The notes: a model not told the origin generated them from the sequence alone. DNA of 64,000 nucleotides from Candidatus Hydrogenedentota bacterium (GCA_018056705.1 JAGPFE010000015.1:2701-66700), one strand, 5' to 3'. Positions 43,379-54,150 are shown, counted from the first letter of the stretch. Numbers and translations: made by a program.

Positions 43379-44677
43379 ATGGTAACTCGTTTTACGGGAC
43401 GTACAGGGCAGACCGAATGGTTCCGCGGCACACGGGCAATTCGAGTTATGGGGCTTGTCGTCAGTATGGGCCTGGTTATGCTCCTGTCGTCGGCTTTTGC
43501 CCAGGCCCCGGATCTGTCGAAACTGGACATCGTGGAACGGTCAACCCCTGATGGGCCCGTGGCCATCGTCAATGGGGTGCCCATTGATCGGGAAGTTTTT
43601 TTGCGGCTATACCACCGGCACCTGGCAGACGTCATGCGCATGACCGGTCGGAAACCCGAGGATCTGGACAACAATTTCCGGGTGCGGGCGGGCCTGGATA
43701 CGCTGGGGGAACTCATCCGGCGAGAAATCCTGGTCCAGGAGGCGGGGCGACGCAACATCACCGTCTCCGGGGATGAAGTGGAAAAGAAGTACCGTGAAAA
43801 GATGGAGGACTACCGGAAGGAACTGCAAAAACAGGATGGGTCGCTGCCCACGGAGGAAGAGGTACTCAAACTGGCCGGTCAGACCCGTCAGGAAGCCATG
43901 GAAAGTATTCGCCGTCAACTGATCGAGGACAAAATGGCGGACGTCCTGCTGAAAGAACGGCAACAAAAGAAAAAAATCACGGACAAGGAAGTGAGAGAGT
44001 TTTACGATAAGAACCGAGACAAGTTTACGCGGCCAGGCATGTTACACCTGAAACACATGCTGATTCAGCCAAAACCGTCCCCCGACAAGGCGGATGAAGC
44101 AGCCTGGAAAGCGGCCGAAGAAGCCGCGAAAAAAGCCAGGTTGCGCGTGATGGCCGGCGAGTCGTTCGAAGCCGTGGCCAAGCAGGTTTCCGAGGCGGCG
44201 GACGCGGGGAAGGGCGGCGACCTGGGCATGGTGCCGGTGTCCGCCCTGCCTCCCTTTTACGTGGCGGCCGCGGCGAAACTGGCGGACGGGGACCTGAGCG
44301 ATCCGATCCGCTCGGAATTCGGCGTGCATGTCATTCAGAAAATAGGGTCGCAGTCGGATGGGGAAGTGTCGTTTGAGGAAGCGGCGCCCAGGATCCGGGC
44401 GATGCTGGAGGGTGCGCTGGCGGAGGACGCGGTGAACGATTTCATCGAACCCATCGTGAACAACCCGGAGCGGACCAAGATCTTCCTGCCCCTGGAGCGG
44501 ACCCTCGCGGCTCTGGGCGGCAGTCCGGAAAAGAAACCAGGGGGCGCCACGGGCAAGGCCTCCGAGGGTTCGAAGACAAAATCGTCCGATGTGTCGGGCA
44601 AGGCGGCTCCCGCCGGCGATAAGCAGGGAGGCCAGGAGTCCACGGGAGGCGCGGCATCCCGGAAGAAAAGCCGGTGA
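43379..44677 (+). CDS. Periplasmic SurA/PpiD-like chaperone with parvulin-type PPIase domain and Gly/Ser/Lys-rich tail
   Basis: Signal peptide MGLVVSMGLVMLLSSAFAQA. Parvulin segment LHLKHMLIQ...GDLGMV...EFGVHVIQK. C-terminal low-complexity GGSPEKKPGGATGKASEGSKTKSS. Confidence 0.65.
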   Translation: MVTRFTGRTGQTEWFRGTRAIRVMGLVVSMGLVMLLSSAFAQAPDLSKLDIVERSTPDGPVAIVNGVPIDREVFLRLYHRHLADVMRMTGRKPEDLDNNFRVRAGLDTLGELIRREILVQEAGRRNITVSGDEVEKKYREKMEDYRKELQKQDGSLPTEEEVLKLAGQTRQEAMESIRRQLIEDKMADVLLKERQQKKKITDKEVREFYDKNRDKFTRPGMLHLKHMLIQPKPSPDKADEAAWKAAEEAAKKARLRVMAGESFEAVAKQVSEAADAGKGGDLGMVPVSALPPFYVAAAAKLADGDLSDPIRSEFGVHVIQKIGSQSDGEVSFEEAAPRIRAMLEGALAEDAVNDFIEPIVNNPERTKIFLPLERTLAALGGSPEKKPGGATGKASEGSKTKSSDVSGKAAPAGDKQGGQESTGGAASRKKSR

Positions 44678-46665
44678 CAAAAACACCTGTCCTGGTGGAT
44701 TCAGCAATGATACTGGCGTGGGGCGTCTGTTTCGTGTCGGCGATGCTGGGGACCTTACCCGTATCCGCCGACATGTTTCCCCTGGAAGGACGGCCGGTGG
44801 TGACTTCCAGTTTCGGGGAGTACCGTCCTGGACGGTTGCACATGGGGATGGATTTCAGCACGGGGGGACGGACCGGGTTGCCGGTGCGCGCTATCGCTGA
44901 TGGGACCGTGGTCCGCGCCCGGTGTTCCCCCTGGGGGTATGGCAAGGCGGTCTACACGCGGTTGGACTCAGGACAGACGGTGGTATACGCGCATCTTTCC
45001 GATTTCCGGGAGGATATTCGTCGGGCGATTCGGTCGGCCCAGCATGCCCGAAAAAGTTACACGGTTGACCTGACCTTCAAACCGGGAGAGTACCCCGTAA
45101 AAAAGGGAGAGATCATCGCGTGGTCAGGCGACACGGGCGTGGGACCGGCTCACTTGCACGTGGAATTCAGGGATGAGGCTGAACGCCCCATCGAGCCCCG
45201 CCGGGCAGGGTTACCGTGGCCGTCCGAGTACACCTGTCCCACCGTGTTTGGCGTGGCCATTTATCCGGCGGATCCCGAAAGCCAGGTGAATGGTTCTCCT
45301 TTTCCCTGTGCCATGGGCGTGGAGTGGATCGCTCCCGGGCGGTACAGGGTCTCGCCGTTGTCGGTAACGGGACGGGTCTATTTCGGCGCGGCGGTGCAGG
45401 ATCTGACCCCGGAAGGCAATCGACTTGGCGTGTGGCGCGCGGCGGTTCGCATTGGAGACCGGGCAGTCTACGAGGTCCGGTTCGACCGGCTTTCCTATGA
45501 ACACCAGGAGACCGGCGTGTTGTGTTTCGACCCTTACAGCCGGATCGAAGGCGTACCGGTACTGCAGGTATGGCGTCGACCGGGAAATACCCTCGAGGCC
45601 TACGGCGCGCGCGGGTCGGACGGATCGGTTGAAACCGACGGTGCCCCGGAATCCGTTGTCCTGGAATTTGAAGATTTCGGGGGGAACGTGTCAGTAGTTG
45701 AGATTCCTTTACGTCCTGAGATTCGCTCCGCGGTCCCGTCGAAGTGGCCAGTGGCCGAAGGGATGGTCTCCATGTACCGGGGGGTGGGGGTATTTACCCG
45801 GCGCAGGGGGGCGGATAACGTGGAAGCCTTGTTCAGGGCTGTGGACGGAAGCGGGGAAGTCAGGATGCCCCTGGGGAACCTGGAAGACGGATTGGGCGGA
45901 TGGTGGTTGCCGCCGCGACCAGGGACGTGGGCATTTTCCTTCGCGTCGAACGGCGTGGCCCAGCCGCGCATCATGCTCGCGGTTGGAGGTTCCCGGCAGG
46001 AAACACGCCTGGAAAGTGAATCCGCGCGGTTCATTGTTCCGGCGGGAGCACTACCCCCGGATACTTGCGTCTGGATGGAAGAATCCGGAAAACCCGAAGT
46101 GTCCGGGCTGGAGGTTCTTTCGGCCGGGGCGCGTCTGCAACCGGAAGGCGCGCCCGTGTTGAAGCCGTTTACCGTGGAACTCCCATTGCCGGCTGGCGCG
46201 TCGATGTACCCGGTGGCAATCTGCAGGGTGACCGGCGCGATGGCCACGTGGCTCACCACGAGGCAGAGGGGAAACTGGCTGGAAGCGGAAAGTTCTGCGG
46301 CGGGCTGTTTCGTGGTGGCCGGGGACCAGTCGGCCCCGACGGCCAGCGCGTGGCACGCGCGACCGGATCCAGGCCAGCCCAATCGCCCGGAGATCCGGGT
46401 GACCGTTTCGGATCGAGGGAGTGGTATCGCGACATGGGACCTGTATTGCGGGGAGCAATGGCTGCTGTCCGCGTATGATCCCGACACGGGCGTGGTGACC
46501 TGGGAGCGGGACGAGGATCTACCGGGTCCCGTGGAATCGGTGCAACTGGTACTCCAAGATAAGGCGGGCAACCGTTCGACGTGGCCATACCGTTCTGAAT
46601 CGACGTCGGGCGGTACCCGAAAAGGGACCACGCGAAAAGGGAAAGGACCCCGGACCCATGAGTGA
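44674..46665 (+). CDS. M23-family metallopeptidase with ~480-aa C-terminal extension
   Basis: HMGMDF...GTVVRA...SGDTGVGPAHLHVEF are the HxxxD and HxH zinc ligands of LytM/M23. Start overlaps the previous stop by 4 nt. Remainder of the 663 aa unassigned. Confidence 0.75.
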   Translation: MTKTPVLVDSAMILAWGVCFVSAMLGTLPVSADMFPLEGRPVVTSSFGEYRPGRLHMGMDFSTGGRTGLPVRAIADGTVVRARCSPWGYGKAVYTRLDSGQTVVYAHLSDFREDIRRAIRSAQHARKSYTVDLTFKPGEYPVKKGEIIAWSGDTGVGPAHLHVEFRDEAERPIEPRRAGLPWPSEYTCPTVFGVAIYPADPESQVNGSPFPCAMGVEWIAPGRYRVSPLSVTGRVYFGAAVQDLTPEGNRLGVWRAAVRIGDRAVYEVRFDRLSYEHQETGVLCFDPYSRIEGVPVLQVWRRPGNTLEAYGARGSDGSVETDGAPESVVLEFEDFGGNVSVVEIPLRPEIRSAVPSKWPVAEGMVSMYRGVGVFTRRRGADNVEALFRAVDGSGEVRMPLGNLEDGLGGWWLPPRPGTWAFSFASNGVAQPRIMLAVGGSRQETRLESESARFIVPAGALPPDTCVWMEESGKPEVSGLEVLSAGARLQPEGAPVLKPFTVELPLPAGASMYPVAICRVTGAMATWLTTRQRGNWLEAESSAAGCFVVAGDQSAPTASAWHARPDPGQPNRPEIRVTVSDRGSGIATWDLYCGEQWLLSAYDPDTGVVTWERDEDLPGPVESVQLVLQDKAGNRSTWPYRSESTSGGTRKGTTRKGKGPRTHE

Positions 46666-47485
46666 GTTAATGCTGCCTGGAGTGCCCGCGTGGATTTTCT
46701 GGCTGTTCTGCGCGCTGGCCGTGCTGATTCAGGGGATCAGCAAGTCCGGGTTTGCCGGGGGCGCGGGCATTCTGTCCCTGCCGCTGATGATGCTGGTGAT
46801 GCCTGTCAACCGGGTAGCGCCCGCCCTGCTGCCGATCCTGATTCTCTGCGACATGAACGCCCTGTATCATCACTGGCAGAACAAGGTGTGGCGACTGGTA
46901 TGGATCCTGTTCGTGCCGTCGCTGCTGGGCACGCTGGTCGCGACGTGGCTGTGGTTCCAGGTGGGCAATGACGGCATGAACGCGTATGCCATGGCGATCA
47001 AGCGGGTAACGGGCGTGATCGCGGTGGTGTTTGCCTTGTACATCCTGGCGCGGGAAGCATCCATGCGCTGGGTGGCGGACCGTAAACTAGGCACGGTGGC
47101 GGGTATCCTGTGTGGCATCGCGGCGGGGTTTACGTCTACCCTTGCCCACGCGGCTGGCCCCATCGTGGGGTTGTACCTGTTTTCACAAGGCATGGGTAAG
47201 GCGCTGTTCGTGGGCACCACGGCGTGGGTTTTCACGTTCATCAACCTGTCGAAGGTACCGTTTTACCAGGCGGCGGGGCTTTTTGACTGGTCCCTGTTCT
47301 GGTTCGACCTGGCGCTTGTGCCCTGTATTCCCGTGGGATCCTGGCTGGGAAAGGTGATGCACGACCGGGTTTCGGAGACCCTGTTCAACCGTATCATCAT
47401 GGTCCTGACGTTACTGGCCGGCGTGCAACTGGTGTTCAACGTCAATCTCGTGCTGGGCCTGCTGAAACTGCTCGCCCGATGGTGA
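46658..47485 (+). CDS. TauE/SafE-family sulfite/anion exporter
   Basis: 275-aa polytopic protein. GFAGGAGILSLPLMMLVM and a repeated half (FTSTLAHAAGPIVGLYLF) typical of TauE. Start overlaps the M23 gene. Confidence 0.8.
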   Translation: MSELMLPGVPAWIFWLFCALAVLIQGISKSGFAGGAGILSLPLMMLVMPVNRVAPALLPILILCDMNALYHHWQNKVWRLVWILFVPSLLGTLVATWLWFQVGNDGMNAYAMAIKRVTGVIAVVFALYILAREASMRWVADRKLGTVAGILCGIAAGFTSTLAHAAGPIVGLYLFSQGMGKALFVGTTAWVFTFINLSKVPFYQAAGLFDWSLFWFDLALVPCIPVGSWLGKVMHDRVSETLFNRIIMVLTLLAGVQLVFNVNLVLGLLKLLARW

Positions 47486-47491
47486 GCGGAA

Positions 47492-49465
47492 TCAGTTATC
47501 GAGGATTTCCCGGATGGCCGACGCCAGTTGCAGCATCCGCACGGGCTTTTTCAGGAAGGCTTTCGCGCCGCCGTCCAGCACGCGCTGGATCGATTCGTTC
47601 AGATCGTAGCCGCTGGCGATGATGACCGGCAGGTCCGGGCGAATATCCCGCATGTGGTCGAACGTTTCAGGGCCCGCCATGACGGGCATGGCCATGTCGA
47701 GGATGACCAGGTGCACGCCACCCGGATCCGCGCGCAGGATTTCCACTGCTTCCCGGCCGTCGTGGGCGCAAAGCACCTTGTACCCCAGCCGTTCCAGCAA
47801 CATGCGCGTGGCCGTGAGCACGGACTCTTCATCGTCCACGACCAGGATGGTCTCGCTGCCCATGGGCAGGCGCATCTGGGTTGGCGTGGGTTCCTTTCGG
47901 GTGTCGGGGCCACTTTCTGGCAACAGGACGGTCATCCGTGTGCCCGCGCCGGGGGCGGAGTCGGCGAACACGTATCCTCCATGGTTTTTGACGATGCCGT
48001 AGACCGCGGCAAGGCCAAGTCCCCGTCCCTTGAAACGGGTGGAAAAGAAGGGCTCGAACAGCCGTTCCCGAACCTCCTCCGTCATGCCGTGACCCGTGTC
48101 TTCCACGTACAGCAGAACGTAGCGCCCCGGTTGCAGTCCGGCATACGCGGCGGCCGTTTCTTCGGAGATGACGGTGGATCCGGTTCCGATGGTGACGCGT
48201 CCACCCGGGGCGGTGGCTTCGAAGGCGTTCACCACGAGATTATGAATGACCTGTTGCAGTTGCGCGGCGTCCGCGCGGGTGAGCGGCAGGTCGTCCGCGA
48301 GGGCCAGTTCCAGCCGGACCCCTTCAGGGGTTATGCCGCGCAAGGGACCGTGGGACGCGCGGATGAGGTCGTTAAGCCGCGCGGGACGGGGATTGTACTG
48401 ACCACCCCGGGCGAAGGCCAGTAACTGGTGCGCCAGTTCGCCGCCCTGTTCCGCGCAACGGATGATCGCCCGCACCATGGTGGCCGTTTCGGCGTCCGGC
48501 CCGGTTTTCATTTCAAGCAGTTCGGCGTTAGTCATCACGGAAGCCAGCAGGTTATTGAATTCATGGGCGACGCCACCGGCCAGGGTGGCAGCGGTTTCCA
48601 TGCGACTGGCCGCGCGCAGGGCCTCGCTCATGCGCCGGGCTTCGGTAATGTCACGGAGGTTACCAACAAGGGCCTTGGGTTTGCCGCCACCATTCAGGAT
48701 AAAGGCCGCGGCTTCCGAAAACAGGCGGTATTCGCCCTTCGCGTGACGCAGGCGATACTCGCATAACGGCAGGGGAAGCCCCCGGCGCTGGGCATCGAGC
48801 AACCGCCGGCGGTGGTTCCGGATATGATCCCGATCTTCCGGATGCACGAAAGATTCCACCGTTTCCATGGACATGCCCAGGGTGTCGTCTACCGTGTGGC
48901 CAAGGAGCGTGGTGACCGATGGGCTGACGTATTCATACCGCCGCGAGGAGAAGTCGTAGAGATACGCGATATCCCGGGAATATTCGAGGATGTGGCGGAA
49001 ACGTTCTTCGTTCCGTGCCAGTTTTTCTTCGAGGGCCCGGCGGGCGGTAATATCCCGGTAAAGGCCCAGCACCCCGATGGGAACGTGATTATCGCCTGGA
49101 ACGGGTACCCGGCTGACCAGGTACCACCGGTTATTACCGTTCGCGTCCGGAAGACATTCCTCGTGGTTCTGGGTGGGGCGGTTGAGTGCCAGGATCTCCC
49201 GGTCGAGGCTTTCCCGCAACTGGGCCTCCGGGGAATCGAATACCTCGGTATCCGTCCTGCCCAGGATGTGCCCTGGCGTGTCGATGCCGAGGATGCGCGT
49301 CATGGCCTGGTTGACCTGCCGGTAACGAAGGTCGGCATCCTTGAAATAACAGCCGTCCGGCAGGAAGTCGCAAAACAGGCCCATTACATCGGAACCCGTG
49401 GGGTTCCGCTTTCCGGTTACCGGTGTTTTCCTGTCCTTCCGACCTGGCATTCCCATTTCCATCAC
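47492..49465 (-). CDS. Hybrid sensor histidine kinase (PAS domains - HisKA - HATPase - receiver)
   Basis: H-box HEFNNLLASVM. G-box DTGHGM...GRGLGLAAV. C-terminal receiver VVDDEESVL...LVILDMAMP...IIASGY. Confidence 0.85.
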   Translation of the reverse strand: MMEMGMPGRKDRKTPVTGKRNPTGSDVMGLFCDFLPDGCYFKDADLRYRQVNQAMTRILGIDTPGHILGRTDTEVFDSPEAQLRESLDREILALNRPTQNHEECLPDANGNNRWYLVSRVPVPGDNHVPIGVLGLYRDITARRALEEKLARNEERFRHILEYSRDIAYLYDFSSRRYEYVSPSVTTLLGHTVDDTLGMSMETVESFVHPEDRDHIRNHRRRLLDAQRRGLPLPLCEYRLRHAKGEYRLFSEAAAFILNGGGKPKALVGNLRDITEARRMSEALRAASRMETAATLAGGVAHEFNNLLASVMTNAELLEMKTGPDAETATMVRAIIRCAEQGGELAHQLLAFARGGQYNPRPARLNDLIRASHGPLRGITPEGVRLELALADDLPLTRADAAQLQQVIHNLVVNAFEATAPGGRVTIGTGSTVISEETAAAYAGLQPGRYVLLYVEDTGHGMTEEVRERLFEPFFSTRFKGRGLGLAAVYGIVKNHGGYVFADSAPGAGTRMTVLLPESGPDTRKEPTPTQMRLPMGSETILVVDDEESVLTATRMLLERLGYKVLCAHDGREAVEILRADPGGVHLVILDMAMPVMAGPETFDHMRDIRPDLPVIIASGYDLNESIQRVLDGGAKAFLKKPVRMLQLASAIREILDN

Positions 49466-49652
49466 GCCTGAAGCGCTGCCGCTTCACGTTCACTCCTGCT
49501 CAACTAAACGTCTCATAAGCAAAAAAGTTACCAACCAGGAAAAATTCCGTGGAATGCCAGAAATCAGGAGAATACCGTTATCTGTCCCCAAGCCATTCGC
49601 ACAAATCGTACCTTGAACGGGGAGGGTTAAATCAAAATATCCCCGCGTCGGA

Positions 49653-50519
49653 TCAACCATTACCAGCGAGGCCGAAGGACTGGGCAATGCGCCGGAAGAA
49701 ACCTCCCGTACTGGCGGGAGACTCCTCCCTCGCGCGGGCGGTGAACGCGGCGGCCAGATCGCGGATTTTGCGGCTGGCCGGGGCGTCCGGGTAAGTGGTG
49801 AGCAGGGGACGGCTCTGCATAACGGCCTGGCTGACGTGGGGATCCCTGGGAATCCAGCCCGCGCAGGGCAGTGAACGCCCCAGGTAATTCAGTGCCACAC
49901 GGCCCAGCTTGGCGGCCACGGCCTGGGCCTGCTGCTGGTTGGCGGCCTGGTTGACCACCAGCCGGACGCGCACGTTACCCCGCTGGCCGACCAGGGTCTT
50001 GAGCATGGCGTAGGCGTCCACGATGGAGGAAGGTTCGGGCGTGGCAACCAGCAGGACCTCGTCCGCGGCGACGGCGAAAGCCGTGGCATTCCGACCAATT
50101 CCTGCCATAGTGTCAATGATGACGAAATCCACCTCGTTCCCCAGCAGTTTCAGTCCCGCCAGTACCCGCTCCCGTCCTTCCTGATGCAGGTCGGCCACGC
50201 GGGCCAGCCCGGAGGACCCTGGAATAACATGGACTCCGCCCGGTCCCTTGATCATGATTTCCGGCAGGGTCTTTTCGCCCTCGATGACATGTTCCAGGTT
50301 ATAAAAAGAAGTCACGCCCATCAGGACCTCTACATTGGCAAGCCCGAGGTCGGCATCCAGGAGGGCGACCCGTTGGTCCTGCTCGGCGAGGGCGATGGCA
50401 AGATTGACGCTCAGGCCGGTTTTGCCGACGCCGCCCTTGCCGCTGGTTACCGCGATTACCTGGGCGCGTTCGCGCCGCTGCCGCATCATTTCCCGTAAAC
50501 GGTAGGCCTGGTCATTCAC
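49653..50519 (-). CDS. flhG: Flagellar number regulator FlhG (MinD/ParA-type ATPase)
   Basis: Deviant Walker A SGKGGVGKT. Immediately downstream of flhF with a 4-codon overlap. Confidence 0.85.
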   Translation of the reverse strand: MNDQAYRLREMMRQRRERAQVIAVTSGKGGVGKTGLSVNLAIALAEQDQRVALLDADLGLANVEVLMGVTSFYNLEHVIEGEKTLPEIMIKGPGGVHVIPGSSGLARVADLHQEGRERVLAGLKLLGNEVDFVIIDTMAGIGRNATAFAVAADEVLLVATPEPSSIVDAYAMLKTLVGQRGNVRVRLVVNQAANQQQAQAVAAKLGRVALNYLGRSLPCAGWIPRDPHVSQAVMQSRPLLTTYPDAPASRKIRDLAAAFTARAREESPASTGGFFRRIAQSFGLAGNG

Positions 50520-52005
50520 GGTTCGTGCTGCCTTCTGTCATGAGGCCCGCGATGAGCCCCGGCGTGGCGAGTTCAATGTCATCCGGCACGTTCTGGCCGG
50601 TACAGCAGTAGGCCAGCGGTATGCCGCGCTCCAGCAGGAAATCCAGCATGCCGCCGTACCGGCGCGTTTCGTCGAGCTTGGTGAAGATGATCGAAGCGGG
50701 TGAGAGCACGGAGAACCGGGCTGCCACTACCCGCAAATCCTCTACCGGCGTGTTGGCCGCCATGACCAGGATGGTTTCATCGGGTCGGACGGCCGTCAGC
50801 AAGGCCTGCAGATCACGCAGTTGTTCCAGGTTGAACTGGCTGCTGCCCGCGGTATCCACCAGCACCAGGTCGCGATCGCCGAATTCGTCCAGGATGGCGG
50901 CGGCTTCATCGGGCGCGGCGGCCACTTTCAGGGGCACGCCGATGATGTCCGCGTACACCCGCAGTTGCTCCGTGGCCGCGATGCGGTAGGTGTCCAGCGT
51001 GAGCAGCGCCACACGCAGGTGCTCCTGCAGGGCGAAGCGGGCGGCCAGTTTCGCGACGGTTGTGGTTTTGCCCACGCCCGTGGTGCCGCACAGCGCGGCG
51101 ACATGGCGTTTACCCGGCATCGGCCGGATGCCACCGGTGATCCGGATCAGTTTTCGAGATACCATCCGCAGGCGCTCCGCGAAGACGCGCGGATCCTGTA
51201 CCACCCGGTTGTCCACCCGTTCGGCGGCCATGCGGATCAGGGCGGCGGCGGTGCGGCGGGTCATTCCGGCCCGCACAAGGGCCTGGTACCAGCGCACCGC
51301 CCCGGGGGGCACATCCGAAGCGGGGTGTTCCAGCCAGAGGGCCTGCACCATTTCTCGGAGTTCCCGCAGTTCGCGGTGGAGATCCGGGTTGTCCTGGAGG
51401 TCACGTTCCGGAAATGGTACTAAAGCAGGCGCGATGGCGGAATCCACGAACGGACCCGCCTTTTCCCTGGATAAGGTCGCGGAACCGGCTGGGCTGTTTT
51501 TTTCCTTGTTTGCCGCGACGGACGCGGTCAATCGGTTTTCCGTTTCGATCTGGTCGCCGATGCGCGCGGTGAAAAGGTGTCCAGCTTCTGGGGATGGGAC
51601 AGCCGCGCGAGAAGATTTCGCCTGGGAGACGTTTTTAGAATCGGTGGCGGTTGTGTCACGGACCGGAACGGCAGTCGATGACGGAATGGTATTGGATGGT
51701 TGTCGGCCCATCATCCGCTGCTGGGCTTCTCGCACGACTTCTTCCAGGTACTTCAGCCGTTCCGGGGATACCGTACCGGTTGGGCTGGCAGGAGCCTGGG
51801 ACACAAGACTTGAATGCGAGGTCCTGGGCTTGGGGAGAGGACGCGCCACCACCTCGTACGTGGTTCTGCCGAACCATCCCAGCCATCCGCCCTCGCGGAC
51901 GGTACGTGTTTCTTCGACTTCGAAGTGATTACCCAGTTTTTCCTTCATCCGGGCGTAGGCTTCGCTGAGGGTGGGGCCTCGAAACGTGTACCGGGGACCG
52001 TTCAT
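50512..52005 (-). CDS. flhF: Flagellar biosynthesis GTPase FlhF
   Basis: SRP-type GTPase motifs GTTGVGKTTTVAKLAA, DTAGS and TKLDET. Long low-complexity N-terminus. Confidence 0.85.
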   Translation of the reverse strand: MNGPRYTFRGPTLSEAYARMKEKLGNHFEVEETRTVREGGWLGWFGRTTYEVVARPLPKPRTSHSSLVSQAPASPTGTVSPERLKYLEEVVREAQQRMMGRQPSNTIPSSTAVPVRDTTATDSKNVSQAKSSRAAVPSPEAGHLFTARIGDQIETENRLTASVAANKEKNSPAGSATLSREKAGPFVDSAIAPALVPFPERDLQDNPDLHRELRELREMVQALWLEHPASDVPPGAVRWYQALVRAGMTRRTAAALIRMAAERVDNRVVQDPRVFAERLRMVSRKLIRITGGIRPMPGKRHVAALCGTTGVGKTTTVAKLAARFALQEHLRVALLTLDTYRIAATEQLRVYADIIGVPLKVAAAPDEAAAILDEFGDRDLVLVDTAGSSQFNLEQLRDLQALLTAVRPDETILVMAANTPVEDLRVVAARFSVLSPASIIFTKLDETRRYGGMLDFLLERGIPLAYCCTGQNVPDDIELATPGLIAGLMTEGSTNRE

Positions 52006-54119
52006 GACCTGTCTCCACGCGTCGCGGGCACTTCAACCTGTCCCATGCTTTCCACGTTGAACGCCGGGTCGATTTCATTAAAGGAGAGCACCACGATCTT
52101 GGGAATATGCCGTTCCACTATCCGACGGAAATACCGTCGCGCGGGCGCGGACGTCACGACCACCGGTTCCAGGCCAGCCCCGACCAACGGCTGCAAGGCC
52201 CGGGCGGTAGCGTCGGCGATTTCCATGGCTCGCGCGGGGGATACGGGAATGTACATGGCTGTTGCCGCGGAATTCACGGCGTTCAGGATTTCCTGCTCGA
52301 GTTGTGGGGACACGGTGATGACGTTCAGGTTGCCGTTTTCGTCGGCATACTGCGCGGAGATCTCCCGGGCCAGGGCGTGCCGGACGTACTCGGTCAGGAT
52401 TTCCGGATCCTTGGTGCGGGACGCGAAATCGCACAAGGTTTCAAGGATGGTTTCGAGGTTCCGGATGGATACCCGTTCCCTCAGGAGATTCTGGAGCACC
52501 TTCTGCAGTTCGCCATAGTTCAGCAGGTTGGGAAGCAGTTCGTTGACCACGGTGGGTGCCCGTTCCCTGAGCCGCGCGACGAGGGACTGCACGTCTTCCC
52601 GGGTCAGCAGTTCGTCGGCATGGGTGTAAATGAGTTCGGTCAGGTGCGTGGCAATGACCGCGCTGGGTTCGACAAGGGTGTAGCCGAACTGTTCGGCCAG
52701 GTCACGGCGATCCCGGGAAATCCAGACCGCCTGGAGGCCGAAAGCCGGTTCGGTGGTGGGTAGTCCCTCAATGGATTCCTCCGCCGTGCCGGGATTCATG
52801 GCAAGGTAGCAGTCCGGCTGGACTTCGTAGCGCCCGATGACCGATTCCCGAAGCTTGATCTGGTACTCGTTGGGACGCAGGCGCAGGTTATCCACGATGC
52901 GAATGACCGGAACCACGAAGCCCATGCGGCTGGCGATCTGTTGCCGGATGATCTGGATACGGGTGAGCAGGTCGCCTCCCTGGTTGGGATCGGCCAGCAC
53001 GATAAGACCGTAGCCGAGTTCTATTTTCAGGGGGTCGACAGTCAGCAGGTCGTCCACGGTGGCGGTGGGCGCGGGCGCGGTTTCCTGGCGCGCGGCTGCT
53101 TCCGCCGCCGCCAGGGCTTCGCGCGCTTCCTGCTGTCGCGAGGACTGGTAGGCCATGTACCCGAAGATCGATCCGACCATGAAGAAGGGAATGGTGGGCA
53201 TTCCCGGTGCCAGTCCGAAGGCGAACAGCATGGCCGCGGCTACCGCCAGGGCCCTTGGGTACCGGGTGAGTTGATACCCAATGTCCCGCCCGAGGTTTTC
53301 CTCGGAAACGGTCCGGGTGACCACGAGACCCGACGCCACGGATATGATCAGCGAGGGAATCTGGGAGACCAGGCCGTCCCCTATGGTCAGCCGGGTGTAG
53401 ATACCCGCCGCTTCGGTCAGGGGAAGCCCAAGGCTGAGCACGCCTATGATCAGGCCGAACACGATGTTCACGATCGTGATGATCAACCCTGCCACGGCAT
53501 CCCCGCGCACGAATTTCGTCGCGCCGTCCATGGCCCCGTAGAAGTCGGCTTCCCGTTCGATGGCCCGGCGGCGTTCCCGGGCCTGTTCTTCGGTAATGAG
53601 CCCGGCGTTCAGATCTGAATCCACGCCCATCTGTTTTCCGGGCATGGCGTCGAGGGTGAACCGGGCGGCGACCTCGGAGATGCGGGTCGCGCCGCGGGTG
53701 ATCACGACGAACTGGATGATCACGAGAATGGAAAAGATCACGATTCCCACGAAAATGTTGCCGGCCGTGACAAAATTGCCGAAGGATTGAATGACCTTTC
53801 CCGCGTTGGCCTGGGAGAGAATAAGGCGCGTGGAGGCCACGTTGAGTCCGAGACGGAAGAGGGTCAGGATGAGGAGCAGCGAAGGAAACACCGCGAATTC
53901 CACCGGTCGCTGCAGGTAGATGGCAGCCAGGAGTACCACGACCGACACCGAAATGTTGAGGGTCAGCAGCAGGTCCAGGGTCCACGTGGGCATGGGGATG
54001 ACCAGTACCGCGAGGATACCAATCACCGCCACGGCGAGGGCGATGTCTTGGTTGCGGGTCAGGCTGAACTGCCTGAGGCTACCAAGGGTTGTCTCGGTCG
54101 CGCTGGCCATAACCCTCAA
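52002..54119 (-). CDS. flhA: Flagellar biosynthesis protein FlhA
   Basis: 705 aa. 8-TM N-domain and cytoplasmic C-domain typical of FlhA/InvA export-gate proteins. Confidence 0.95.
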   Translation of the reverse strand: MRVMASATETTLGSLRQFSLTRNQDIALAVAVIGILAVLVIPMPTWTLDLLLTLNISVSVVVLLAAIYLQRPVEFAVFPSLLLILTLFRLGLNVASTRLILSQANAGKVIQSFGNFVTAGNIFVGIVIFSILVIIQFVVITRGATRISEVAARFTLDAMPGKQMGVDSDLNAGLITEEQARERRRAIEREADFYGAMDGATKFVRGDAVAGLIITIVNIVFGLIIGVLSLGLPLTEAAGIYTRLTIGDGLVSQIPSLIISVASGLVVTRTVSEENLGRDIGYQLTRYPRALAVAAAMLFAFGLAPGMPTIPFFMVGSIFGYMAYQSSRQQEAREALAAAEAAARQETAPAPTATVDDLLTVDPLKIELGYGLIVLADPNQGGDLLTRIQIIRQQIASRMGFVVPVIRIVDNLRLRPNEYQIKLRESVIGRYEVQPDCYLAMNPGTAEESIEGLPTTEPAFGLQAVWISRDRRDLAEQFGYTLVEPSAVIATHLTELIYTHADELLTREDVQSLVARLRERAPTVVNELLPNLLNYGELQKVLQNLLRERVSIRNLETILETLCDFASRTKDPEILTEYVRHALAREISAQYADENGNLNVITVSPQLEQEILNAVNSAATAMYIPVSPARAMEIADATARALQPLVGAGLEPVVVTSAPARRYFRRIVERHIPKIVVLSFNEIDPAFNVESMGQVEVPATRGDRS

Positions 54120-54150
54120 CGGACTCCCATATGTACCGCTTCAGGTCGTG

